NCBI RefSeq assembly: GCF_964355755.1
Contig: NC_092672.1
Location: forward strand, 29,518,437 to 29,582,436
Direction of reading: 5' to 3'
Length of the DNA: 64,000 nt
From: Antedon mediterranea
Lineage: Eukaryota; Animalia; Echinodermata
Below, piece after piece: positions 37,010-50,240 of this stretch. Every line of letters begins with the position of its first letter. Position 1 is the stretch's first letter. The translations under genes and the position numbers were made by a program. The notes beneath the pieces are model-generated. The model was given only the letters and a program-made list of their open reading frames with translations. It had not been told where the DNA came from and ran no database searches.

Positions 37010-39244
37010 ATTGTACAAGAATGGATAAAATGCTTGATCTTGTTATTTGTAGTAAAAACATTTCCGACAAAGTCTATACTGCTAACGATATTTTTTTATC
37101 TGACCACTCATCTTTGAGAATTGATTTCCGTTTAAATTTTTATGTTAATTGTAGTAATGATAATTTGAATCGTAAAAGTATAATTTACAATTTTAAAGCA
37201 CTTGATGTCAATAATCTATGTAATACTCTTAACTGTGTTCCATGGAGTGTCTTAATTGATTTTGAAGGTGATTTAAATGAAGCTTTGGATATGTTTTATA
37301 ATTTGTTAAATGCTGCCGTCAATGACACAGTGCCTAAAATTAGAAAGCGCAGAAAGCTTCCTCCGTGGTTTGACAATGAGTTGAGAAGTGCGCTTCAACA
37401 CAAAGAAAAGTATTATAGATATCTGAAAAAAAATAATAATCGGTTAGCCCAAAGTAATTTCAAATTTGCTCGCGCGTCTTTTAAAAAAATGTGCAATAAA
37501 AAGTACAAAGATTACTTGGACTCTTTGGCTAAGCAAATTGTCACTAACAGTAAAAGATTCTGGAGCTGGATAAAAACTAAATACAAGTCAAATAATCTTC
37601 CTTCTGTCATGAGTCACGATAACATTTCATTCCAGTCTAATTATGATAAAGCTACCACATTTAATTCTTATTTTCATTCTTTTTTCAGTGAGCCTTCTCC
37701 GGACGTTCCCCGGGACTATCCAGGTCTTCCTGACTATGCGGTGGATAACTTGAGTTCTCTGTCTGTGAATCAGCATTCTGTGGAAAAGGCACTTAGTAAC
37801 CTTGATATCAATAAATAATCTGTAACTATCGTCCTATTTCGTTATTGCCTACTATGTCTAAGATTTTTGAGCGCATTGTGCATTATGGTTTGTCATCACA
37901 TGTTGCTAATGCTTTAAGTCCTAGGCAGCATGGTTTTGTCTCTGGGAGATCATGTCAAACCAACCTCGCACTGCTTCTTGCTACATCATACGATGCAATT
38001 AACAGCAAGAAGCAGTGCGATGTGATTTACACTGATTTCTCTAAGGCTTTTGATTCCGTTTCCCATGATTTGCTTATTTTTAAACTTTCAAAATTTGGTT
38101 TATCCGGTTTACTTTTAAGTTGGTTTAAAAGCTATTTAACTAATAGACAACAGCGTGTTGTCATTGGGGGAGAGACATCTGATTGGCTCCCTGTGTTATC
38201 GGGCGTTCCGCAGGGCTCGATCCTGGGCCCGCTTTTGTTTAATTTATTTATCAACGATCTTCTTTTAAAATTTAATCATTCCGAGTCTCTTTTATTTGCT
38301 GACGATCTGAAATTGTTTAAAGTGATTACCACTCCACAGGATGCTTTTTCACTTCAGGAGGATCTGGATGGTCTCGTGGAATGGACGGAGAAGTGGGGGA
38401 TAAAACTTAATGCTAATAAATGCAAATATTTATCTATAACACTTAAAAAAGGCCTGTGCTCTTCAATTATAATCTGAATGGACATGATCTTGAGATGGTT
38501 TATGTATGGAAAGATTTAGGTATTTTTATTGATAGTAAATTAAATTTTTTTTCACATATTAATCATGTGTTGTCAAAAGCTAATAGAATGATGGGCTTAA
38601 TATGGAGAAATTGTAGGTTTATGAACGACGGCAGGGCACTTTTATCTTTATACAAATCTATTATACGTCCTCACCTTGAATATTGTTCCGTAATTTTCAA
38701 TTCAATTTCTCCATGTCAGGCCCGTCGAATCGACACTGTTCAACGGAAGTTTGTTCGATTCCTGTCTTATAACTGTGTTAATTTTGCCTTTTCCATTGAT
38801 TCTGTCAGCAATCGTCGAACGATATCTGATATGGTTTTTTTATATAATATTTTAAATTCTAAATATGACTGTTCATTAATTTCACTATTTAGTTTAAATG
38901 TTCCTGGTCGTACACGAAATAGACATTTTTTGCATATTCCTTTTAGCCGTGTCGACTGTACTAAGAGGGGACTTTTTCATAGACTACCTTATACATTTAA
39001 TAATCTAAATAGCAATCATATCGATATTTTTAATGATAGACTTGGTTATTTTAAGAGGACGATTATGTGTTCACTTCTTGAACAGCCTGCATAACCTGTT
39101 TGATTAATTGAAATTGTTTATGGCATGCCGATCTATGTTATACCGTTTTTGATGTTGTATTGTTTTATGTTTCAAACCTGTTAGTGGCGGTATTTATCGC
39201 TGTTGGTTTTGATTGAATAAAATAAAATAAAATAAAAATAAAAT
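37010..39244 (+). mobile_element. 5'-truncated, internally deleted non-LTR retrotransposon (CR1/L2 group LINE)
   Basis: End of an APE endonuclease (LDLVI...SDHSSL), PPWF, deletion and stop near 37818, then NYRPISLL, QHGFVSGRSCQTNL, DFSKAFDSVSH, GVPQGSILGPLLF, LFADDLK, KDLGIFID, RPHLEYCS. Frameshift near 38450; (taaaa)n tail at 39215-39244. Confidence 0.92.
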
Positions 39245-39424
39245 AGCAATATGAGTCGCCCACAACCCATCAGCACCTCCAGTGAGACACGTCCCCTGAT
39301 GGGAAAGGGGGAAATCCCCTTTACTATCCTGACCCCTTGACGACGGTTGTAAACAATGTTTCGTCAAGCGCACATTAAAGTGTTTACCACAGGAAAGGTA
39401 ATTAAAAACACAGGAGAAACCCCA

Positions 39425-39831
39425 TGGCCCATTTACACTAGGACGATAACGATCAACGATAAATAGAAAAATATATGCATTTTGCATACATAAAACAAAA
39501 GAAATATAAAAACTTTTCCTTCTAGAACTATACAATAACCATCTATGCTTCCTTTGATGAAAATGATATTTTCAAACGTCCAATCATCAAATGATGTTAT
39601 GATTATTAAGTAATATTAGTAGTAATTAGTAATTGATTTTATTTTATTGTTTTTATTTATCATGACCTCATTTGATTGGAATTTTTAAAATTTAATTTTT
39701 ATCAAAGACAGCATAAATGATTATCATATAGTTATAGAACGAAAACCTTTCTAATTCTTTTGTTTTATGTAATAACAATGCATGCTTATATATTTATCGT
39801 CGATCGTTATCGTCCTAGTGTAAATGGGCCT
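39425..39831. mobile_element. Harbinger-like MITE, family 3 (TIR ggcccatttacactaggacgataacgatc)
   Basis: Near-perfect TIRs of about 40 bp around an AT-rich interior; right flank tta, left flank does not match. Confidence 0.8.
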
Positions 39832-40672
39832 TTAGATCACGAGCGACTTTTTAGATTTAATATATATTTTAAGATTCTTAGGTATGCATATTTGGCGATT
39901 CTCAGTATGTACTCAATTTCAATTTTATGTTATAGGGCCTAGAGAACATTCATTGTAGGCCGTGAGGTAATTTCCCGCATGATCGTAATCAAAACGGTAC
40001 TGGGTTTTACAGAATTGTTATTGGTCAACGTCGTTGCGTCTTGGTAGTGATGTATAACCAAGGTATGATGGAACATCACTGTGCACCGAGCAGAAACGTA
40101 GGCCGCAGCCTTGCTACATGGTTTGCCTGACCATAGTTATAACAAAGTATCGATGATTTATTTTTATAGATATTATTGTGATCAACTCATCAGTATTTAT
40201 TATACTACGTCATCTCGGACCCAGTACATCTTCTTTCTACATATCGGATCGCACGTGCATTAAAATGCGAACGTCAGCGTATAAAGTAAACCAAACATAA
40301 ATCGCACAGAAATTGGAGATAATTATATAAAACTGTCTGTCCGTTACAGTTTTTACGAGACGCGTCTCAAACAGTTTAATTATTTGCATGTTACGAGGAA
40401 AGATTTCGGATGTTTAAAATTGAATTATTAGATAAGATAAACAAAAATAAGTCAACAGGTATAACACTGTTTCATTAGGAGTCGCCAGATCGAAGAAATT
40501 ACCATTCTCATTAAAAGTCACTATATTTAATGAAATACCAAAACACAAAATACATAATCAATTTAGTCAGTGCACCAAAATAATGTAAACGGATACTTAT
40601 CTACAATATGGTGTAATTCTACTCAGTTCATTATTACAAAATAATAAAATGTATAAAAATTTATATTCCTTA

Positions 40673-40918
40673 AGCTTGGTTCTCACTAGAAACAACGCAA
40701 CGTAAGATAACAAAATACTCTATCAATTTTGCATCCCCTCCCCCAATCCTTACGAAAAATTGGATTAACTGCCATGATGAACGTAAAGCAGCAGAAAATG
40801 TGATATAACGTCTACGGTACCGTTCTTACGTCATCGGTGGCCACTTGTGACATCCAATGTTATATGTTATTGCGTCAATACTTTGAATATGTCGTTTCAT
40901 CTTAGTTGGAACCAAACT
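40673..40918. mobile_element. Degraded Harbinger-like MITE, family 2
   Basis: agcttggttctcactag ... ttagttggaaccaaact; interior similar to 34295-34515. Confidence 0.55.
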
Positions 40919-41736
40919 TTCAAACTACTAATAGTTTACTCCTATACTACTGAAGTCAATAATTGACAGGCTATTATTGACGGTTTATTTATTTTAAATA
41001 CCATTACAGTATACTACTTTACTACTCTGAAGGTCCATTGTACATTATTTATAGACAATAGTTTACTACTGGTATTTCAGATTAATATTGTAATCCATTA
41101 CATAACATATTTTAAACCAAAATTAATTTATTTCAAAAACCATTATAGCATTACTTTAACTACTCTGAACGTCCATTGTACATTATTTATAGACCAATAG
41201 AAATACTACTGGTATTTCAGATTAATATTGGAATTCATTACTTAACAAATGTTAAACTAAAGGTTTATTTATTTAAAAAAATAAACTTTACTACTGAAAG
41301 TTCTTCTGTTCATATATTATTATTAGTCTAATACTGTCAGTGTTCTAATCCAAGTAAACATCAAGAGTAAATGCAAGATGACTTCAATACTATTTGTGTA
41401 CTATCACCACCTCTATACAAATGAGTAAATTAATAGTAAATGCGATTATAATGCATTGAAAACAGTTCATTAATTTCTAACTAACACAATATTGAAACAA
41501 AATATCATCAAATCACATTTGCAGTAGGCTCTACTTATAAAACACCATTTGGTGACACTTTTCTTATTAAAAGAAAAAATTGTTTGTGAAATCCATTTTG
41601 CACACATTGAGATGGCAGAACGTTTGAGTTGGAGAGGAATAATCAATTAACCCAGTAGATTACAGTCAATGTTATTTACATCTACCAGTGATATTGTGTG
41701 TCTTTATGCAAAAAAAGTTACTCCTCTATTTGAACA

Positions 41737-43620
41737 GTCTCTCTTTATTTCACTAATTACCCCATCTGATAAATAGCAATCATGCATGTTAAGCAACCTT
41801 AGTTTAGGTAACATATTTAATAAAGAACGCAGTAATGTACCATCAATTTCATTAAGATTATTACCACTGATATTGAAGTGATGTAATCTCAACTTAACTC
41901 CTTTAGCAGAAAACTCTCTAATCATAGCATTCATTACAGCACCTGATAGATTACAATTATGCATTTCAAGTGTAAGCGAATTATAATATAATAATAATCA
42001 TCATCATCACCATCAGAAATAATCATACTCAATAGAACCCAGTGATGTACCATCAATGTCACTAAGATTATTACCACTGAAATTGAAGTGATCTAATCTC
42101 AACTTAACTCCTTTATCAGAACACTCTCTACTCATAGCATTCATTACAGCACTTGATAGATTACAATCATGCATGTCAAGTGTACGCAGCCAAGTCATCA
42201 TACTCAATAGATTACACAGTAATGCACCATCAATGTCACTAAGATTATTACCACTGATATTGACATTATGTAAATACAACTTAACTCCTTTAGCAGAAAA
42301 CTCTCTAATCATAGCATTCATTACAGCACCTGATAGATTACAATTATGCAAGTCAAGTGTACGCAGCCAAGTCATCATACTCAATAGATTACACAGTAAT
42401 GCACCATCAATGTCACTAAGATTATTACCACTGATATTGACATTATGTAAATACAACTTACTCCTTTAGCAGAAAACTCTCTAATCATAGCATTCATTAC
42501 AGCACCTGATAGATTACAATTATGCATTTCAAGTGTAAGCGAACTATAATAATAATAATCATCATCAACACTATCATAAATAATCATACTGAATAGAGAA
42601 CCCAGTGATGTACCATCAATGTCACTAAGATCATTACCACTGAAATTGAAGTGCTCTAATCTCAACTTAACTCCTTTATCAGAACACTCTCTACTCATAG
42701 CATTCATTACAGCACCTGATAGATTACAATCATGCATGTCAAGTGTATCCAGCCAAGTCATCATACTCAATAGATAACACAGTGATGTACCATCAATGTC
42801 ACTAAGATTATTACCACTGATATTGAAGTGATATAAACTCAACTGAACTCCATTGTTAGAACACTCTCTACTCACATCATTCATTACAGCACCTGATAGA
42901 TTACAATCATACATGTCAAGTGTACTCAGCCAAGTCATCATACTCAATAGATAACACAGTGATGTACCATCAATGTCACTAAGATTATTACCACTGATAT
43001 TGAATTGATATAATTGCAACTTAACTCCTTTATCAGAACACTCTCTACTCATAGCATTCAGTATAGCACCTGATAGATTACAATCATGCATGTCAAATTC
43101 ACCCTCCACAGTCATCATACTCAATAGATAACACAGTGATGTACCATCAATGTCACTTAGATTATTACCACTGATATTGAAGTAATGTAATGTAAACTTA
43201 ACTCCTTTATTAGAACACTCTCTACTCATAGCATTCATTACAGCACCTGATAGATTACAATCATGCATGTCAAGTGTATGCAGCACAGTCATCTTACTCA
43301 ATAGATTACACAGTAATGCACCATCAATGTCACTAAGATTATTACCACTGATATTGAAGTGATTTAATCTCAACTTAACTCCATTATAAGAACACTCTCT
43401 ACTCATAGCATTCATTACAGCACCTGATAGATTACAATCATGCATGTCAAGTGTAGTCAGCACAGTTATCATACTCATTAGATTACACAGTGATGCACCA
43501 TCAATGTCACTAAGATTATTACCACTGATATTGAAGTGGTTTAATCTCAACTTAACTCCATTATAAGAACACTCTCTACTCATAGCATTCATTACAGCAC
43601 CTGATAGATTACAATCATGA
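41737..43620 (-). repeat. Coding tandem array of about 11 units of 177 bp (59 aa, two LRRs each)
   Basis: Anchor motif ctctctac/aat at 43572, 43395, 43218, 43041, 42864, 42687, 42477, 42301, 42124, 41914 and about 41737 (spacings 177 x5, 210, 176, 177, 210, 177). Confidence 0.95.
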
Positions 43621-45468
43621 AAGTCAAATTTAAGGTGGTTACACTGATCAAACGTTAAAATACATAGAATGTGTGTAAGAACCTTTCCTGTAGAATCAGA
43701 TGATATTGTATTTAAAAAACTCGGAAAATTGTTAGGGAACGATATTTTATGAAATTCCCTCAGAATATTTATAAAATGTTTATCAACGTTTTCATCTTTG
43801 CTTACATGCTGAATGAACATTCTTAATGTATTTGAAATATCTTCCAAATGTTCTTTTATTTCTCAATTTGTATTCGATATGTGATTAAGCAATGTTTTTT
43901 CAACATTATCCATATGATGTTTTTTCACTAATGCTAAGTACTTATCAATAGATCGATATGCTGCCAAATCATTTGTAATCCAATATTTTAAGAATGTTCC
44001 AGCATCAGCTCCTAGGAACACAATGGCAAATTCTCTTGTTATTTTGAAATACTCACTTTCTCGTATTTCTTTCCATTCCTTTTCATCTAATGGCGCAAGT
44101 AATGGTTTTTTTACGCGAATGCATATGTTTTCCATATATTCACTTTCACATAGTTTGTATAAATAAAATCCCACCAATGACTCAACTATCAATTTGTGTG
44201 GAGGCATATAATTCTCTTCAAAGCTAGACTTTGAAATTGGTGCATCTTTATAAACAAACCCAAGTTTCAGGGGAATATCAATCGTATTTTTGTCACCTGT
44301 AAGGCTTTTCTTGTTTATCGAAAGTTGATTTCTTATTAAGTTACGATACATGCATTTTCCTAAACAAATCATAGCATTTACATACTCCTCTGGAGCATCA
44401 TCAAATGTGACCCGATCTGGCAAAACCCTATAGTAGAGTAGGAAAAGGGGGTTCCCATGCACCCCTGAGGTATAATTTTTTAATGTGATTTTTTATAATC
44501 TCAAGTATGTCTGGTAACCAGATCAGGTTGTTAACATTTTCAAATCGTGTCCCATGGGGTTGTTTTTTACCCATTTAGTCGGCCATGTTGGTTTTAACAA
44601 ATTAACATTTTTTCGCATTTCTCAGGAACCAGAGGTCGTAGAAATATAATTTTGGTACCAAAGTACTCAGTATATGTATGTTTGTATATGCTTTAATGAA
44701 AGTTTTTTGTATACAATTACGGGAAGTATGATTTTTGACCTATGACCTTGTCTTTAAATGGTGTCCATATCTCAAAAACCGGTTGTCATAAAAACTTTAT
44801 TTTAGTCTCAAATTATGCAGAATACCAACATTTATATTCATGGTAATGCAAAAGTTTGTCCGAAAATGATCGGAAATGATATTTTTTACCTTTGACATAA
44901 TTTCATTTACATTTTTACACAATTTTGTCCATATTTGAGGGCATTAGCAGTTCTCGATAACTAACAGACATAGAAATATAATTTTTGTGTCAAAGTACTC
45001 GCGATATGCATTTTTATATTCACACTAATGAAAGTTTTTTGTGAAAAATAACCGGAAGTAGGACTTTTGACCTATGACCTCAACTTTAAATATTTTCATT
45101 ATCTCAAAAACCAGTTGTCATAGAAACTTGGTTTTAGTCTCAAATTGTTCAGAATACCAATATTTATATTTATGATAATAAAAAAGTTTGGCCAAAAACG
45201 ACAGGAAATGATATTTTTTTATCTTTGACATACTCTTTTCTTTTTTGTCAGTACAAATTCTGTCCGTATTTTGTTAGCATTATCAGTTCTCGATAACTAA
45301 CAGACATAGAAAAAACATTTTTGTGCCGATCTTTGTTAGTAACAATACACTAGGATAAATTCGTTGTTTAGTTATCAACATTCCGACCTTTAACCCTATT
45401 GAATGATTTTGTAATGATATACCTTATCATTTTTAATTTTGAGATTAATACATACATACATGTATTAA

Positions 45469-48400
45469 TTAATCTTCATTCGAGAGGAGTTCTTCTAGGA
45501 TGTGACCATCCTCATCTAACTCTTCCTCGTCCAGCTCCTCAGATGTTTTCTCAATCAGATCAATGAGAGGAGGAAGGACAGCACTTTGTGACCAAATTGG
45601 CTCTAATATGTTGTCAGTTTTCTGCCAGCCTTGTTGATGGGTGTGAAATAATCAATTGTTGATTTTGTTGAGGGTTTGACTACTGAAGTTGCTGAAATGA
45701 AGCCACGAAACCCTGGAACAAGTTGATTTCCTTCTTGTTGACATCCAATGAACAGTGCATGAAACCAGATAAGATACTCTTGTATATACTTGCAGTACAC
45801 TGTATCGTTAGTTGCAGGTGGTGTAAAAACAGTTCCATCTTGAAATCTGGGTCCAACACGACCATACAACTGCACAGGAACAAGGGTTTCTGGTGTTTCA
45901 ATCATCCGGGACCTTATATTGCTTCGCTCATAAAGAGGTAACAAGCGGTCGTGGTCAACGGTATTAAATGCAGGCTTTACCTCTTGTATCATGATCCCGC
46001 CTGTGGTATTTACCATATTTGAGCCATGGATGTTTGTGGTAACTTTGTTTAGATTATCCCACTCAAGATGGAACACATCATTACCATCACCAGTAATGAT
46101 TTGTGGAGTAAGGAATGTAGAAATTTCATCTACAGCTTTCACCAGTGCTGTTTCAAGTTCTAAGCTGAAGTCGTATGTCTCACAATGACCCAACCTATTC
46201 AGAATAGTTGTCAATTGCTTACTGCGATAGAGATGTCTAATTGTGGTACTAAGGAGTATGTGCTTCGGCAACTTCCACTCGCCTTTTGTCACAGCACGGC
46301 ATATATCCTAAAATAAATCAATATATATAAAATTATATATATGACAATATATATGCATCAATGTATTGTGTAATTTTAAATATGCGTCGTGTACAAATAA
46401 CATACCAATAAACTGCTGCAGAAGGCTTTCAAAGAACATTCAGTTATCAGTCGGGCAGCAAAGTGGTTGACCTTGCGAATTATTACCAAATCAAAATTTG
46501 AATTGCCGCCATCTTGGAATCGCGATAAAGCAAGTAGTGCGGAATTACAAAATGCAGCAAAAAAAAATGTCAATAACATTTAAATAGCATATTCATACAA
46601 TTAAATTTATATTAATAAAATTCAACTAAGGATTTTACGAAAGATAGGCTACTTAAGAAATACTGCCGAGATCGGTTCCCCCACACGGCGTAGGGTACCG
46701 CAGTGCTAAGGGGCCTAGGTAGGAAAAAATCTGATTTTACCTGTTAAACATGCTTGAACCAAGGCCATTTTAATATATATTATCCAGATTATATATCAAA
46801 ACAAACTGATAAAAGGATTTGTTGATTTGCTTCTGATGAGAAAAGTGCCGGATTCATTTCGCTGACGGCGAATGAATACACGAATTTTCGCCATTTTCTA
46901 GCACTAGCCTTGGGTACCCAGACAGCTGATAACGATTATATTCGATTGTCCAGACGTCTCTGCTACTGGTGCTCAATACTACAGTATGTATTACTATGGA
47001 CCTATAGGTCCATGGTATTACTGTACATATAGTTAGTACTGTATGTTTAGTTTTTGCTTTCTTTATGGCAAAATAAATATTTAATTTTTATTATTGCTTA
47101 TTTTGCTTTAGCTTTATCCAAGAAGAAGTAAATATTATTATATATATGCATATTACAGTCAAGTTGCAACTGCCACGAATCCACTCCACTTTGGTTACTA
47201 ACTAAATAATTAATAGTATAACATCATAACTAACAAACAAATTAACAAGTTAATAAATTAACCACCATTAAATAATTTTATTTACAAAAAAGTATTTTAC
47301 ATACAGTATAACATGTACCGGTAATATCTTATTTACATCGAAGTAAAATATGCCTATCAAACTATCTTGCTCAGGCTAAAATATCAAGTTATATATGTCA
47401 ATATTTGAGTTAAATCATCGCGATAATAAAATTTTTATTTTTTTTTTATTTTTAAAGACGTCTGTTACGTACATCAATTTACAAATATCAAAATAGGATT
47501 GTTTTTGCAGCACAAGATGAATCACAAGTCGGATAGTTTATTCTTAGAAACCTGAAAGAAAAAAAAAACACCAATAATGAGCTATTCATAGTTAAATAAT
47601 TTTAATGTCAACTTTAGTCATCCTAAATTTTGTCGCCATGATCACTACTATACACAATACTGTATATATAAATATCATATGTACGACCATCCAAATTACC
47701 TCATCCTACCACAGTCCTTCCTAGCCTAGGCTACATTATTGTCATATATTTACAAACCTCCAACAGCCACAACGTATTTTCTTTTCTTTGGCAAAGAATT
47801 TCCCGTAATATAGTCCTAAATTAATTAAATAAAAAGGTCTAGGCCTAGGCCTTTCTTTAAATATCCGACGATATATATCCATAATCCAGTGGATATAGAT
47901 TCAACATTTTAAACATAATAATATGGCTTCACATTGATTATAATAAGTCGGCGATATGCCACTAAAAACTATAAAAACTATAAAATTATAAATAAATAAG
48001 GGAGTCAGTTTCTCTCTGTAAAAGAATAACTAAATAGAATAATAATACACAACCAAATACAGTAGAGCTAGCAAAACAGAGTTGGAGGAGCAGAGTCTTC
48101 ACATATGAAGTTGGCTCCTAATACGAAGAAGAAGAAGAAGAAAACTAGCCTGCGGCCCTCTCTATCCGCCTACAAATAGCACTGGGTTTCCGTCAAATGG
48201 GCTAGGCCTAGCCTAGGCCTAGATAATACTACAAGTTGGGTACATTTTTTTACAACCAAATAATCTACAATTATATTGCAATATTTACCAAACTAGCACC
48301 AAATCCAAAATAAAAAAGCTACTAATAACATATTTTGGTATATTAACTGGTTTAAAAACGGATTGCACATAGTGATTTTGAAGGATTGAAATTACTCAAC

Positions 48401-50240
48401 CACACGGCCTGTACTAAACATACGAATCCAAGATGGAGTCTGCTTAGAATATATCCCCAGCTTTGAACGGATATTGAATCCGTCCCACAAGCTGAACCAA
48501 GCTTAAACTTTCAGAAAAGATAGATTAATAACCTAATAACCAACCACTAAGTTTTTATAAAGGTTCCGTGCTGATGAGAAAAGTGCCGGATTCCCTACGA
48601 AACCAAACAAATAAATCATGTAGCCTACCTCAACGAACACCTCCATCTGCACTTTTTTCTTCAATAAGCTCTGTCGTCCTTTCCTGGGCTATTTATACCA
48701 AAATTTTGTGGCGGGAATAATCTTCCATATTAGGAGTAACAATTTCCAAATATAGAAAGATATAATTTAACCCGGATGGTGGAAATTGCAGCAGATTTGT
48801 AAGGGTATTCCCATGCAAAATGCTTGCCGCGAAGTGAAAAGCGAACCGGAAGTCACTATAACTTGGCGATGCTCAGTGACCTGCGCAGTTAAAAAACAGC
48901 GTTTTAACGGTTAAATGAGCACTTTGCTGCTCGACTGTTATGATAACTGTTACATACTGTTACGTACGGTAAATTTGTAAGAATAAATTTAAATGTGTCA
49001 TACCTGGCCAATAGAAAGCACAACACGTCGTCTTTTCATTCATGTTCTGCATGTTTTCATCATTAGATATAAGTATACTCAAAAAGCTCAAAAGATTTGG
49101 TGGAAGAAGTTTATCGGCTGCGTTGATTTCTAAATCACTTGCTGTAGGTGGCCACGGAAATGGCTTCATTTCTTTAAAACCTTGTTGTACAGAATTTCGA
49201 AGTTGCATCGCCATATTTTCATACTGGTTTTTCAATCCCAGTTTATATGCATAACTCACTGCATCAGCGACAGACAGATTTTTGCTAAAAACAACATTAT
49301 AAGTAATACACCCCTTATCACCTGGGTTAACATTTGTAATAGTAATGCATTTGCTTATATGGTGGTTCTCTAACTGTACCTTGAGTTTCTCACTTCTATA
49401 CTCTGGATTAGGGAATCCCATTTTCTCTAACTCTTTGACATAGATATCACGAAGTGATGACAATAGCATGACTTCTTGCTGCCCAATTACATGTTCTTGA
49501 ATAAAATAAATTACACACGTCAATGCATTTAAGCGGGCCTCACCTTTAAGACCATTATCATTATCCACATTCAACGACTGGATGTATTTTACATACTTTA
49601 GGTTGAATTGTTGTCTGCATGATTGGTGGAAATTGGCGTCGCGGGCAAACAGGTCTTCACCTTGCACTAAGTAATGTAGGTCATGCATTCCTAGTGCAAG
49701 TGACCGAGGCTCAATTTGTTTCCATGTGGGATCTTTAAATACACCATTTTCAGTTTTATAAACAGGAAACTTGATGCACCTTTCAGTCTTTCTAGACACT
49801 TTCAATTCAAGTTTATAACAAAAAATACACTTTGGTGGAAACAAACTGTTCGTAGTTGATGGTTGTTTACGATTTGAGCGGGAATTTTGAGCTGCACTAG
49901 ATGTTGAACTACATTTTAAACGATGTTGGTTAATAATAAAGCGTTGGTAGCAACCACGATGATAACCAATTACATTCAAATCAGTATTTTCGAGATTCTC
50001 TGGAATACCTTTACAGACATCCTCCATACGATAAGGAGAATCATAAGGTTCGGTAAGTCGTTTGTCACGAATACTATGTAGCTGATTCAACTTCTCTGAG
50101 GCTGATCCCTTGATATCAGTGAGCGGAATAAATTGAAGATGCTCAATACCTTTGACATGTAAAATGCAACTTACCGATGGACGCTTCCGAACATTTTCTA
50201 TTTCATCAATATCAATCTTGCGCTTTTTTGAGTTTGACAT
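45469..50240 (-). pseudogene. Academ-like transposase remnant (two exons, central/catalytic part deleted)
   Basis: Exon 50240-49004 (YHRGCY, CIFC, DLFARDANFHQSC; frameshift near 49030) splices SIGQ|DICRAV to an exon starting at 46307 (PKHILL...RHLYRSKQLTTILNRLGHC...WDNLN...TGGIMIQ). Near 45630 it jumps to a C-terminal GW...LEPIW and an acidic tail. Confidence 0.75.
46441..48949. mobile_element. Non-coding TIR element inside the Academ transposase intron
   Basis: cagttatca-gtcgggcagcaaagtg ... cactttgctgctcgac-tgtta-tgataactg; tt on both flanks (possible 2-bp TSD); internal direct repeat ctgatgagaaaagtgccggattc near 46833 and 48571. Confidence 0.65.
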
